A DNA stretch of 64,000 nucleotides from Latescibacteria bacterium UBA6620 (GTDB taxonomy: Bacteria; Latescibacterota; UBA2968), in assembly GCA_002433075.1 (NCBI GenBank), contig DJHM01000042.1:2804-66803 (forward strand), given 5' to 3'. This document shows, in pieces, positions 40,844-51,497 of the stretch. Each line of letters begins with the position of its first letter. The first letter of the stretch is position 1. Position numbers and translations under genes: made by a program. Under the pieces are notes generated by a model. That model ran no database searches, was not told the DNA's origin, and was given only the letters and a program-made list of their open reading frames with translations.

Positions 40844-42190
40844 ATGTCCCGGTTCGACTTCTCGATCACCCGTCCATATCTCGGTCTAACCTTACCGCTC
40901 GCCCTCTCCACCCAAGTGGAGAACCTCGTCGGCTTCGCCGAAATTTTCATGGTTCGATCGCTCGGTTCGGAGGCAATCTCGGCGGTCGGAATTGCAAGGA
41001 CGATCCTGTTCGTCCTTGGCATCACGATGATCGCGGTCGCGACCGGAACGATGGCGATGGTGGCTCAATCGGTCGGGGCCAAAGATTTGACCGACGCGAG
41101 CAAGACAGCGAAGCAATCGGTTACCCTCGTGATCCTCATCAGCTCTGTGATCAGCGCCTTGGGCATCCTTACGACGGACATCGCGCTCCGATTACTCAGC
41201 ATCCCTGAACCCGTGGCGATCATCGCAAGCCCCTATCTGCAGGTCGTTTACCTCAGCCTGCCGCTGATGGCACTAGATCGGACACTTGACTCGTGTCTGC
41301 ACGCCGCAGGAGACACGCGAACATCCTTCTACATCGCCCTCGTCTCAAACATCGTGCATCTCATCGGGGCCTACGCTTTTATCTTCGGGGCTTGGGGATT
41401 CCCCGAAATGGGCGTCACGGGTGCGGCGGTCGGGAACCTTGCCCGCACGGTCTTCAGCAATGCCATCCGGTTCGCCGTACTCTACTCGGGGCGGTTCGGC
41501 TTCACATTCCTACCGGGCACATCCTACACGCCAGAGTGGGACCGATCGAAAAGAATCCTCTGCATCGGAATTCCATCCGCGCTTCAGGGGCTCTTCAGAA
41601 ACGGTTCGAACGTGCTTTACATGAAGCTCGTAGCGATGACGGCCAATCCGACCGTCGCTCTCACCGCCTATTCCATCGGTCGTCAGATGGGCATCACGCT
41701 CCGACGAACCTCGCTCTCCTTCGGCACGGCGACTACGTCCATCGTCGGCCGAAGCCTCGGGGCCCGTGAACCCGATCGCGCAAACGCACGTGCCTATACC
41801 GCCCTCGTGCTTTCCGTCGGGATCCTGGGCCTCCTCGGAGGTCCCTTCTACCTGTTCGCCGAAGAACTAATGGGCATCTTCACGCAGGATGTCTCCGTCA
41901 TCCTCGTCGGGATTCCCTACCTCTACTCGCTTGCTGCCGCCGAACCCTTCATGTGTTCTGCGATCACGAGTCAGGGGACCCTGCGCGCTGCCGGAGACAC
42001 AGTATCCCCCCTGATCTATACAATCATCTCGCAGTGGCTGGTCCAGTTGCCGGTCGCCTACCTGCTCGCCTTCACGATCGGCTGGGACACCGACGGAATC
42101 TGGCTCGCCCTCGTAATCTTCAGCGCGATGCAAGGCTTCCTCACCGTGCGAAAGTTCACCCAGGGTCACTGGTTGCATCGAACGCTCTAG
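40844..42190 (+). CDS. MATE family efflux transporter
   Basis: About 12 TM in two repeats, AGDTRTS / RAAGDT, MGVTGAA. Confidence 0.88.
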   Translation: MSRFDFSITRPYLGLTLPLALSTQVENLVGFAEIFMVRSLGSEAISAVGIARTILFVLGITMIAVATGTMAMVAQSVGAKDLTDASKTAKQSVTLVILISSVISALGILTTDIALRLLSIPEPVAIIASPYLQVVYLSLPLMALDRTLDSCLHAAGDTRTSFYIALVSNIVHLIGAYAFIFGAWGFPEMGVTGAAVGNLARTVFSNAIRFAVLYSGRFGFTFLPGTSYTPEWDRSKRILCIGIPSALQGLFRNGSNVLYMKLVAMTANPTVALTAYSIGRQMGITLRRTSLSFGTATTSIVGRSLGAREPDRANARAYTALVLSVGILGLLGGPFYLFAEELMGIFTQDVSVILVGIPYLYSLAAAEPFMCSAITSQGTLRAAGDTVSPLIYTIISQWLVQLPVAYLLAFTIGWDTDGIWLALVIFSAMQGFLTVRKFTQGHWLHRTL

Positions 42191-42215
42191 CGAGGTCGGA
42201 TTCTCACCAAATCGA

Positions 42216-42250
42216 AAGGCCAGCCATCTTCTGCAATGGCTGGCCTTCTT
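42216..42250. terminator. Terminator hairpin between convergent genes
   Basis: AAGGCCAGCCAT / ATGGCTGGCCTT 12-bp stem. Confidence 0.65.
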
Positions 42251-42286
42251 CAACTCTCCGAGGAGTCTATCGTCCTTCGGCAACGT

Positions 42287-43228
42287 TCAGAAGTCGAAAC
42301 GAACCCCCACCACCAGGGCCACTTCGTCCGATGGCTGTGCAACGTCGGATGATTTTCTGAAAAATTCGACGAACACCAGGTAGTGATCCCAAAAGGCGTG
42401 ATCGACTCCTACGATGGAATAGATCTCGTTACGATCCACGTCGATCTCATCCTCCCGAACGGTAGCCGCACCCCGCAGGTTGTTCCTGGGTGTGAGGGCC
42501 ACATCGATGGCGCCGCTGTAAAGTCTCTGTCCCCGTTGCAGATCCCGTTTGAGATCCTGGAAAACGCCCGTCAGGCGAACCTTGTTCAGTAAGAGTGATG
42601 CAGCCAGACCGAACAACCCCTCGTGGTCGGGGTCGTCGACATACCCGGCATGAATCTTGACCGCCCCCTGCGACTACGTCCCCGCCACCTCAATCCGCTC
42701 GTCGATCGCATTCCCGGCCCCGTCCGAATCATTCAGTTCGACGAGGGCACCGAAAACAAAGGGTCCCATCGCATTCGAATCGAACCGCGTTCGAAACGAA
42801 CAAATCACCGAACACAACCGCGTCGGCATAGTGACTCCGATGGCGGTCGAGCTCGTCGTCGATGAAATCGTAGTAGAGACCATAGTGACGTCCGATGGCC
42901 ACGGAGCCGAACTTCCCACGCATCCCTACGTGCACCTGACGGAGCTCGTTGTTGTCGGCCCGAACGGCCCCATCATCCTGCCTATCGTTTGCCGAGACAC
43001 GACGCTCGTACTTGTAAAACCCGACCAGCTCGTCTCGAAGCTCGGTCGCGCCCTTCACGCCCACTCGCGAGTAGCCGTCATCCATTCGGCGTAGCGTTTC
43101 CCTCCTTCGGGCGTGCGAACGATCAGCTCAGGTCTGAGGCTCCCATAGATGTCGACCAGGTCTGGGTCTTCCCCCAGGGCATCGACCGTGAAAACCATCA
43201 CCAACAGAATCCCCAACCCCACTTTCAT
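42287..43228 (-). pseudogene. Gram-negative porin pseudogene
   Basis: ATG 43228 signal peptide, 'DIYGSLR', 'SRVGVKG', 'LRQVHVGMRGKFGSVAIGR', C-terminal 'VGVRFDF'; spread over several frames. Confidence 0.75.
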
Positions 43229-43385
43229 CGGCCCTCCCTTACATTCAAGTGCTTACATCACGCTGAGCAGGACCTATTGCGAGATCCTACCAATTCGACT
43301 CAGACAGCGAGGATTCTAATGCCAGATGGCTGGGACTATAGACAAGGGCGGAGGGAACCAGTCCAACAAATCGTTCCTCGGGTAT

Positions 43386-44840
43386 CTAATGGCTCATTTC
43401 CCGATCCACCACCGCGTCAAGACCTCCTATAGGCATGGACCCGATGTAGTGGCCATTCACGAAGAACGTTGGAGTCGATCCCACACCCAGCGAGTCTCCC
43501 TCGTCGATATCCGCCTGAACGATCCTTCCTCCGTCGCCTGACTTGACACAAGCATCGACCGCCAACGCATCCAGCCCTAGCGCTTCGACGTGATTCCAAA
43601 TCGCACGCTTACTCAGATCGTTCTGATTCGCGAATAGCCGGTCTACGACTTTCCAGAATCCATTCTGTTGCTGTGCGCACGCAGCAACTTCCGCGGCATA
43701 CCTCGCGTGTGGATGCATATTCAGCGGGTAGTGCCTGAAGATGACACGGACGTCCTTCGGCCGCCGCTTAACCAGGTCGTCAATAGCGTGATGTGCCCGT
43801 GCGCAATAGCCGCATTCAAGGTCGGAGAACTCTACAATTGTAACGGGTGCATCAGACGAGCCCTTCTCCGGTCCCCCACGTGGATTCGGGTCGATAACGA
43901 AGCGTTCGGACGCAGGAGGACGATAATCCGTCCCGAATCGCTTCTTCAGGCTCGCCACAAAGACATCCAGCGCTGGTTTACTCTTCCGTCGCCCAATTTC
44001 GCTCCGAATGCGCGACTCGACGTCTTCCCTCGTGGTCCCCGGTTTCAGTCGCCCTTTGATTTGCTCCCATCGATGAGTCACTTCTCCAGCTGTCACGTCG
44101 ATCTTTGAGTACACCTCCTGCTGCACCAGACTCCGGATCGACATCCCCCTATTCTTCGCCTCTGCTCCTAACACCTGCCTGTCCAACCACTCCGACCGAT
44201 ACTGGTCTTTCGTTTCTTGAAGCTTCATTCGAATGCCCGCATCAACTTCCGAACGCGTGATCTCCCGGTCCCCAATCCTGGCAACAACCTCTCGTCCCTG
44301 CGATCTGGAACCCACGATCAGCCCACCAATACCTGCTTCAACAACCGAATAGATCCCGATGGGTAATGCAATCGCCAGCATAACGGGAGCTACAACAAGA
44401 TGAAGTGGCGGCCCGAATACGGATTGCCCGGGATCTCTTCGATCCGCCGCCCGCCACGCAACGATAAGCAGGGCAAGCATCAGCATCGCCGACCCGAGGC
44501 AGAAAGGGCACCAGGCCTCGATCACAAAAGCTTGAAGATAAAGAAGGAACAGACTTGGCAGGTTGCCCACCACGGCAAGGAGGGAAACGATCCGAATGGC
44601 GTCCCCACGTTCGTCCTCCCGCAGCCCACGCCACGCGGTCATCCAGATGGCGAGGTACAGACCCAGGCCGTAAACCGAAAGCGGGATCCCGAGTAATTTG
44701 GAATAGGGGCTCGCCAGAATTTCCCCACACCCGGATCCGTCCCCGCACGCGGCCGACCCGAATAAATGCGAGTAGGTTAGATACGCGGAATCAAGTACCC
44801 CGAAGGTGGCAAGAAAAATCAGAATGAGCGTGGTAGTCAT
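43386..44840 (-). CDS. VKOR-DsbA (thioredoxin) fusion with a SurA-N-like linker
   Basis: VKOR loop C..C, WCPFC, then EFSDLECGYC and cis-Pro TPTFFVNG. Confidence 0.88.
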   Translation of the reverse strand: MTTTLILIFLATFGVLDSAYLTYSHLFGSAACGDGSGCGEILASPYSKLLGIPLSVYGLGLYLAIWMTAWRGLREDERGDAIRIVSLLAVVGNLPSLFLLYLQAFVIEAWCPFCLGSAMLMLALLIVAWRAADRRDPGQSVFGPPLHLVVAPVMLAIALPIGIYSVVEAGIGGLIVGSRSQGREVVARIGDREITRSEVDAGIRMKLQETKDQYRSEWLDRQVLGAEAKNRGMSIRSLVQQEVYSKIDVTAGEVTHRWEQIKGRLKPGTTREDVESRIRSEIGRRKSKPALDVFVASLKKRFGTDYRPPASERFVIDPNPRGGPEKGSSDAPVTIVEFSDLECGYCARAHHAIDDLVKRRPKDVRVIFRHYPLNMHPHARYAAEVAACAQQQNGFWKVVDRLFANQNDLSKRAIWNHVEALGLDALAVDACVKSGDGGRIVQADIDEGDSLGVGSTPTFFVNGHYIGSMPIGGLDAVVDREMSH

Positions 44841-44945
44841 TGGAAAGTCTTGACGTTCCCAAGCTTGTTTCGCTCCGCGGCCACAGGAACACTAAGCACC
44901 CGTGGTGGACTGTGCACTCTACACTTCGCATTCTTAACCCGAACA

Positions 44946-45807
44946 CTAAGGCTTGGCATACTCACCAATCAGCTCCTCAAGCCTCCCCGAACTCTCCATC
45001 TCTTCCAAACGTCGATCGAAGGCTTGCTTGAGGCGCCATCCCAGTTCGCTCCGTGAAAACATCAGATGCATCGTCGTCTTTTCGAGGCCTGGAATCACAG
45101 GATAGCCGAGATCCGGATCGTCAATAAAGGGCTTGTCGATTTCTCTGAACCCGCCAAACACCTCTGACCATTCGATGAACAGGTCGATTCTGCCACGATG
45201 CAGCTTGCAAATCAAAATCTCGTGTCCATCAACCCGACCTTCGAGGTCATCCTCCGTAAGTCCATAGTCGACATAGTTGTAACCGTGAATACCATTGATC
45301 CGATAGTTCTTGAGGTCCTCGGCACGCTCGATGGGCAGCCCATCTGGATAGTGCCGCTTGGAATAAAAGTAGGACGGCGTCATCTGATAGATCGGGCGTG
45401 AAACGTGGTAGATACCTTACCGCTCAGAGTTCACAGTCGCATCCAGCAGGATCTGGTAATGCGTTCCCTTCGCCACTTCCCGAAGACAGCGACGCCAAAT
45501 CGACAACGACTGCCGACTTCTCCAGAGCAAGCACCTCACGCACCAAGGCAGGCGTGTACCCCCCAACCTTCTCCGTCTCTCCAGAGTTTCCCCGGACCAT
45601 AAACAGATAGGGTGGCCACTCCGCCGCATCCCCGCACGCCCGGACCGTCTTCACGGTGACCTCGGTCCCATCCACGCACAGTGGTGTGATGACTCCCCAC
45701 ACCATCAAGACCAGATAGCCGAATGATCTGAGAGAATACACTTCCCGAACCGTATTCTGAGAGATGATACAGTCAGCGCTGCGAACTGAGTGAATCAGCA
45801 GATCCAC
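44946..45807 (-). pseudogene. Amino-acid-type substrate-binding protein (family 3), disrupted
   Basis: 'AEWPPY', 'WRRCLREV', 'NSER*', 'KLHRGRIDLF', 'LEELIGEY' in different frames; frameshift plus in-frame stop. Confidence 0.7.
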
Positions 45808-45950
45808 CCCTGACTCGGAGATTCCAAGCGAGTTACAGGAAGCTCGGAAAAGATTGTTTTGTCAAGACTTGAAGCAAGGTCCGGGGCAGGAGTTCTGAAC
45901 CACCTCACCCAGGAGCACAACGAGAAGAACGTCCCAGGTGGGCCATACCT

Positions 45951-47195
45951 CTACCGCCAGAACCGTTCGACGCGTCCGCCCGCCTCCGCAACGGGCCAGT
46001 AACTCTCAGGCGCATCTTCCCACTTCGGCACCGTATGGCCGTCGCGCTCGAATTCGACCTTCCCTTTCCGCACCGTCATCACGCAGGACAGTTTCTCGGC
46101 TGAGTCCATCCGCGTAAAACCACAGTCCTGGAAGGAGAAGGATCCTTCCTCCACCTCGATCACGGCAACATCCGCCTCGGCGCCCTCGCTCAGCGTTCCC
46201 AGATCCGTCCGCCGAATCGCCTGTGCCGGCGTCACCGTCGACCGGTAGATGACATCGGTCAGCGACATCCCCATCGCCAAACACTTCGACATCGTATCGA
46301 GCATACTGATGACGGGGCCCCGGATATTTCCCATATGCAGATCCGTGCTGATCGAATCGGGTACGAACCCGTCTGCGATGGCTCGTGCACCGTTTCGGAA
46401 CCAGAAGCTGCCAGCCCCGTGCCCAAGGTCGAACCAAGTCCCACGCTCACGCGCCTCGTGCATATAGGGCTCCACCCTCTCGTTTTCGTCGATGACGGGA
46501 AATTGCCTCGCGAATACGTGCGTGTGAATATCACCGGGCCGCATCTTTTCCAGAATGAGATCCGGATAGGGACGATCCGGGGGTCGCGGCCAGAAATCGA
46601 CCATCACCGGCATTTCGCACGCCCTGCCGGCGTCGACCGCCTTCTCCACCGACTCCCACGGAGGATGCAGGTCGTCGAACGGCTCTCTCGTCCAGTAGTG
46701 GGCAGTCTTGATGCCGACCACGACGTCGCTGTGCCTGACCGCCGCCGCAGCCGCAGCATCCACGTCGAAGTTCGAAATCGTCTGTTCGGGGGCGCCCATC
46801 CCGGGTTTGGAGATGTTCATGTAGGCCAGGATGCGCGTGGTCGCTTTCTCGATTACGCTTTCCCGGAAGTGGTCCATCTCATTTGCTCCCGCCGTGCCCG
46901 TGTCCACGCACGTCGTCACACCCGAATTCAGGAAGTGGGCATCCGCATTCAGACTCGCCACGAACAGCCCGGGCCCGTCGTTCAGACGCCCCGTATAGGC
47001 GTGCACGTGGATGTCGATCAGCCCCGGCGTCACCAGCAGACCGCTGACATCCACGACGGCCAGCGCACCATCCGCAGGAAGCGAAGTCCCGACCTTCGCG
47101 ATCTTTCCATCCGCGATTGCCACATCAGCGATGCCGTCGACCCCGTTCGCGGGATCGATCACGCGTCCACCCTGAAAAATCAGGTCGTAGCTCAA
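45951..47195 (-). CDS. Dihydroorotase-like amidohydrolase/deacetylase
   Basis: PGLIDIHVH, GDIHTH, DLGHGAGSF, SISTDLH. Confidence 0.85.
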   Translation of the reverse strand: MSYDLIFQGGRVIDPANGVDGIADVAIADGKIAKVGTSLPADGALAVVDVSGLLVTPGLIDIHVHAYTGRLNDGPGLFVASLNADAHFLNSGVTTCVDTGTAGANEMDHFRESVIEKATTRILAYMNISKPGMGAPEQTISNFDVDAAAAAAVRHSDVVVGIKTAHYWTREPFDDLHPPWESVEKAVDAGRACEMPVMVDFWPRPPDRPYPDLILEKMRPGDIHTHVFARQFPVIDENERVEPYMHEARERGTWFDLGHGAGSFWFRNGARAIADGFVPDSISTDLHMGNIRGPVISMLDTMSKCLAMGMSLTDVIYRSTVTPAQAIRRTDLGTLSEGAEADVAVIEVEEGSFSFQDCGFTRMDSAEKLSCVMTVRKGKVEFERDGHTVPKWEDAPESYWPVAEAGGRVERFWR

Positions 47196-47213
47196 TTCGA
47201 ACTCCTTGTCATA

Positions 47214-47243
47214 TTATGGATGTTCAACTTATGGATGTTCAAC
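47214..47243. repeat. Perfect 15-bp tandem duplication
   Basis: TTATGGATGTTCAAC x2. Confidence 0.85.
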
Positions 47244-47469
47244 GGTTCAGCACACCGACCGTCTTGTTGGCTGACCTGCCCCCGCCTTGAATCATCACGG
47301 TGTAGATCCCGTCACTCACGATACGTTCGTTCCGGTCTCTGCCGTCCCACTGCACCACGTTGATGCCCGCGTTCAGGCGGCGGCCCGTCACAACCTCTCG
47401 AATCAGGTTGCCGCCAACGCTGAACACGGCTCCAATTCCCCCAAAAAATGGGATTGCGACTTGCATCAC
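47239..47469 (-). pseudogene. Orphan FlgD-Ig-like C-terminal domain fragment
   Basis: 'VFSVGGNLIRE...VQWDGRDRNERIVSDGIY...KTVGVLNR*' without an N-terminal body. Confidence 0.6.
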
Positions 47470-47578
47470 GCAACCCGCGGGACCGCCGATCAGGGCCTGC
47501 CTCCATCCAGGTTGCTCTCGACCGCCGGGTAGGTTTTCCTATAGACCCGCTATTCGACCTCAACCTGGAGAACGCAGA

Positions 47579-48547
47579 ATGTCCAAAGCTGTCTTCATCA
47601 CGGGCCTCGAACCCGATCTCGCCGCCGATTTCGTCGGTCAAGCCCCACCACACATCAAAACCACCCTCCTGCACCATACCGCGTCAGTGGAAGAAAAATT
47701 GGCGCACGTCGCCGACGCGGATGCGCTCATCATCTTCCGTCCCAACCGCATTGAAAACGACCTGCTCGGTGCGGGGCAGAATCTCAAGCTCCTTCAGCTT
47801 GTCAGCGCGGGTTTCGAGCACATCGACCTCGACCTTTGCGCTTCACTGAAGCTGCCTGTTGCAAACAATGGCGGAACGAATTCTATCGATGTTGCCGAGC
47901 AAACCCTGGCACTGATCCTGGGTATCTACCGGCGGCTGACTGATCTGAACGCGGAGGTCCAGGAGGGTGCGTGGGGCAGAATGCCGACCGGGCAGTGCAC
48001 CCATACAATCCACGGGAAAACGGTCGGCATCATCGGGCTGGGTCACATTGGCCGGCAGGTGGCAGAGCGCTTGAAACCTTTCGGGCCGCGGATGCTCTAC
48101 AGCGATGCGATTCGTGCAGGCGAGGATGTGGAAAAAACACTGGGTGTGGAGTATGCAGAACGCGAGGCGTTGCTGGAGCGGGCCGACATCGTCACGCTGC
48201 ACGTCCCCATCAACGATGCGACACGCAATATGATCGACGCCGCAGCCCTGGCCCGGATGAAGTCGACTGCCATTCTCGTCAACACCTGCCGGGGGGGCGT
48301 AATCGACGAACCCGCTCTCACCAAAGCTCTAAGCGAAGGCAGCATCGCATTTGCCGGTCTGGACGTGTTGGCCCAGGAACCGCCCGAGCGGGACAACCCC
48401 TTGCTCTCATTGCCCAATGTGCTGCTCACCCCGCACGCGGCGGGCATCACACGTGATACGTGGACGCGACGAGGCAAGTTCGTCTACGAGAACATCGAGC
48501 GTGTCCTGAATGGTAAAGCCCCTCTCTCTCGCATAGACGGTCGATGA
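47579..48547 (+). CDS. D-2-hydroxyacid dehydrogenase
   Basis: GIIGLGHIG, VNTCRGGVIDE, GLDVLAQEP, TPHAAG; ATG 47579 with GGAG SD. Confidence 0.92.
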   Translation: MSKAVFITGLEPDLAADFVGQAPPHIKTTLLHHTASVEEKLAHVADADALIIFRPNRIENDLLGAGQNLKLLQLVSAGFEHIDLDLCASLKLPVANNGGTNSIDVAEQTLALILGIYRRLTDLNAEVQEGAWGRMPTGQCTHTIHGKTVGIIGLGHIGRQVAERLKPFGPRMLYSDAIRAGEDVEKTLGVEYAEREALLERADIVTLHVPINDATRNMIDAAALARMKSTAILVNTCRGGVIDEPALTKALSEGSIAFAGLDVLAQEPPERDNPLLSLPNVLLTPHAAGITRDTWTRRGKFVYENIERVLNGKAPLSRIDGR

Positions 48548-48613
48548 CGGACTTTATGGTGACGAGAGACAGCAGCCTCTTCGCTTCACCACCTTGCATC
48601 AAGGAAGGATTCA

Positions 48614-49580
48614 GTGACCCTGAGATTCTGGTGCTTCACACTGCTTGCCTTACTCCTGTGCCCGTTTGCCTCTCACAGCGAGCCCGTCGGAAATAGGATC
48701 ACAAACCTGTACGATGCCTTCGGGAAGGACATTCCGGGGTTGACCCAGGACTTCGGGTTTTCTGCATTAATCGAATGGGAAGGGAAGAAAATCCTGTTCG
48801 ACGCAGGGCCGGACGCTGAGATCCAGAAACAGAACGCAAAGACCCTCGGGGTCGATCTCAGCGATGTCGACCTTGCAGTCGCTTCACACAGTCACTTCGA
48901 CCACATCAACGGGTTCGACTATCTATTGACCGTCAACCCGGACGTGAAAATCTACTTTCCCAGCGACCCCTTCTTCGAAGCCCCTTTCGTCTTCGATGTA
49001 ACCGGGACTGATTCGGCGGCATCGAACGCGCTGTCGGTCGATCAACGATACTTTCGTGGGGGGAACACACGGTTCACGTTCGAACAGAGCGGACGCTTCT
49101 GCGAAATCGAACATCGAATTCGTTTCGGAGAGCAGAGAGATCTTGCCCGGCCTGAATCTCGTGACAACACGATCTCCGTTTCTAGGATATTTCAGTCGGT
49201 ACCCGAATCTTACCGGTTTCGGAGAGGCGACTACGAACGACGAGATCAACACCACCGGCCTTCCCGAACTCTCACTCACTTTAGAGACTGAAAAGGGTAC
49301 GACCCTGATCGTGGGTTGCTCGCACAGTCTCGTCAAGACGATTACCCGTGAAGCCCGGTCCTATCTGGGTCGAGACATCGGCTTTGTAGAGGGTGGCTTC
49401 CATCTCCTCCCTTACAAAGGCGACGAAATCGGCGAAATGGCCCAGCGGATGCGAGACGAACTCGGGGTGAGCCGGGTGGCCCCCGCTCACTGTACCGGCC
49501 ACCTCGGGTTCAAGGTCTTCAGCGAAATCTTCGGACCCTCCTACGTTCAGGCCGGTCTCGGGGCCATTACAGACTTCTGA
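48614..49580 (+). pseudogene. Secreted MBL-fold metallohydrolase split by one frameshift near 49100
   Basis: GFSALIE, FDAG, SHSHFDHING in one frame; GCSH, GGFHL, PAHCTG in the other. Confidence 0.75.
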
Positions 49581-49587
49581 TCCTGCT

Positions 49588-49776
49588 TCACAAATCCAGC
49601 CGGGCAAGTGCGCGGCTCATCCAATCCAGTCGAGGATCGTGGTCAGATGGACTGGACGTCCCGTCAATCCTTCTGACGTACCGCCGACGGTCGACCAGCA
49701 ACGGAACCGGGGCGTTTGGCCAGCGATCTCTTCGCAATCGGATTCTGTGTCTCGGCTCTGCGGTATGGGGTGTCAC
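49588..49776 (-). CDS. Hypothetical 62-aa Arg-rich protein
   Basis: AAGGAGG SD then GTG 49776: MTPHTAEPRHRIRLRRDRWPNAPVPLLVDRRRY...LARLDL*. Confidence 0.35.
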   Translation of the reverse strand: MTPHTAEPRHRIRLRRDRWPNAPVPLLVDRRRYVRRIDGTSSPSDHDPRLDWMSRALARLDL

Positions 49777-50044
49777 GGGGTTACCCCTCCTTTCCTCGGG
49801 TTGCTCGATGAAAAAGCAACCTCCGTGCCCGGAAATGGATACCCCTCCCCACGTATTAAAGCCGATGAGCAGGCCCGAGACCCCAAAAATTCGAGACATC
49901 ATCGCCCCGGTCGAGACATTCGTGTCCCACCACGTTTGGAGCCCCACACAATGTCCGGGTACGAAGCCAGCGGCAGACACTCCGACTGAACGCAGGCAGG
50001 CAATTCAACGTCGTGGTATAAACGAAAAGGCCCGAACTAGAAAA

Positions 50045-50250
50045 TTAGGAGAGCTTTTCCTCGATCATCTTCGGATGATCCCCGGACTGAATGCTCATTA
50101 CCCCTTCAACCGCTTTTCAAAGTTTGAGCTCCGTTTCCCGAGCGAGCGACTCCGACAGCTCTCCCAAGATCGCCTGCAAGAGGGCAGGCCCCACCCCAAG
50201 CTGTGCGCTCTCTATGGTTGGTCTTCGGAATCGACGGGTGTTCTGAACCC
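50045..50250 (-). pseudogene. Remnant with a MotA-like C-terminal motif
   Basis: ...AILGELSESLARETELKL*KAVEGVMSIQSGDHPKMIEEKLS*; internal TGA, no intact 5' end. Confidence 0.55.
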
Positions 50251-50363
50251 TCATAGCGCTTGAATTCGCGTCTGAGTAACCCGATATTCTCCACACGGTT
50301 GTCCGCAAGAGCACACGCCCCAGCAGTCCTTTTGCTGCAGATTTCAGGTGAGGAGATCTTTCG

Positions 50364-51497
50364 ATGTCCGTAGCCACGTATCGCCGCCCGGTAGAGCGGG
50401 TCGAGGTCGACGTACCCGTCAAGACCAAGTCCGTTCCAGAGATCATCGACTGCGACGTCCACCACAACCCTGGAAAGCCCGAGGCGCTGTTTCCTTTCCT
50501 GCCCCGACAGTATGTGGAGCAGATCAAGGACTTCGGGACCATGATGCCGGGATTGGGCTACACCAATATGCCGGGCAAAGGGTCGCGTCACGATCTCTGG
50601 GCCGAAATTGACGGCGAGGAAAACCCGGCCGCCCTGGTCGAAGTCTGTGTCGAAAAGCATTTGGATCGATACGAAATCGACCTCGGTGTTCTGACCGGCG
50701 GGCCATACCCCGCCGCCGTCCACCACAACCCGGATTATGCCTCCGCCTATTGCCGCGCTTTCAACGACTGGACGGGAGAAGCGTGGCTCGCGGTGGACGA
50801 TCGACTACGTGGATCGATCCATATCTCACCCGCCGATCCGCAGCTCGCCGTCGAAGAGATCGATCGGCTCGGCCCCGATCCCCGCTACGTCCAGGTGATG
50901 ATGCCGGCCGGGGCACGAATGCCCTTTGGCAACCGACACTATCATCCCATCTACAAGGCGTGCGAGCGTCATGGTCTTCCTGTTTCCTGTCACTTCGGCG
51001 CTGAAGGCGCCGGGACCTCCTCGCCTCCGACGGCGGCAGGTTACCCCACCTATTATCTCGAGATGCGGATGGCCCGGCCGCAGATCGCGATGGCCCACGT
51101 TACGAGCCTGATCTGCGAGGGCGTGTTCGAGAAATTCCCCGAATTTATGTTCCTCTTCGTCGAGGTGGACACGTTCTGGCTGCCCGGGCTCCTCTGGCAT
51201 ATGGATAAGGACTGGAGATCACTCCGCGACTACACGCCCTGGGTCAAGAAGCTTCCCAGCGAATATGTTCGCTCCAACATCCGTCTCGGCACTCAGCCAA
51301 TGCCCGACCTGACCGATCGCGGAGATATGGAGACCTATCTCAGGTGGTGCCGGGCAGACGAGGTCTTCGTATTCGCGAGCGACTACCCCCACTGGGACTG
51401 GGACGAGCCATCCAGTCTGCTCAAAGGCTTCGACGACGACCTTCGTGCGAAGATCTTCGGGACCAACGCGCGCAAGATGTATGGCATCTGCGACTAA
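50364..51497 (+). CDS. Amidohydrolase_2-family protein (possibly a dinuclear oxygenase)
   Basis: IDCDVH, CRAFNDW, CHFG, GVFEKFP, FASDYPHWD. Confidence 0.88.
   Translation: MSVATYRRPVERVEVDVPVKTKSVPEIIDCDVHHNPGKPEALFPFLPRQYVEQIKDFGTMMPGLGYTNMPGKGSRHDLWAEIDGEENPAALVEVCVEKHLDRYEIDLGVLTGGPYPAAVHHNPDYASAYCRAFNDWTGEAWLAVDDRLRGSIHISPADPQLAVEEIDRLGPDPRYVQVMMPAGARMPFGNRHYHPIYKACERHGLPVSCHFGAEGAGTSSPPTAAGYPTYYLEMRMARPQIAMAHVTSLICEGVFEKFPEFMFLFVEVDTFWLPGLLWHMDKDWRSLRDYTPWVKKLPSEYVRSNIRLGTQPMPDLTDRGDMETYLRWCRADEVFVFASDYPHWDWDEPSSLLKGFDDDLRAKIFGTNARKMYGICD

Noticed and set aside
48614..49580. Programmed ribosomal frameshift in the MBL gene, and likewise in the GIY-YIG gene
   Set aside because: No canonical slippery heptamer plus downstream structure at the junctions; a simple indel (mutation or error) is more likely
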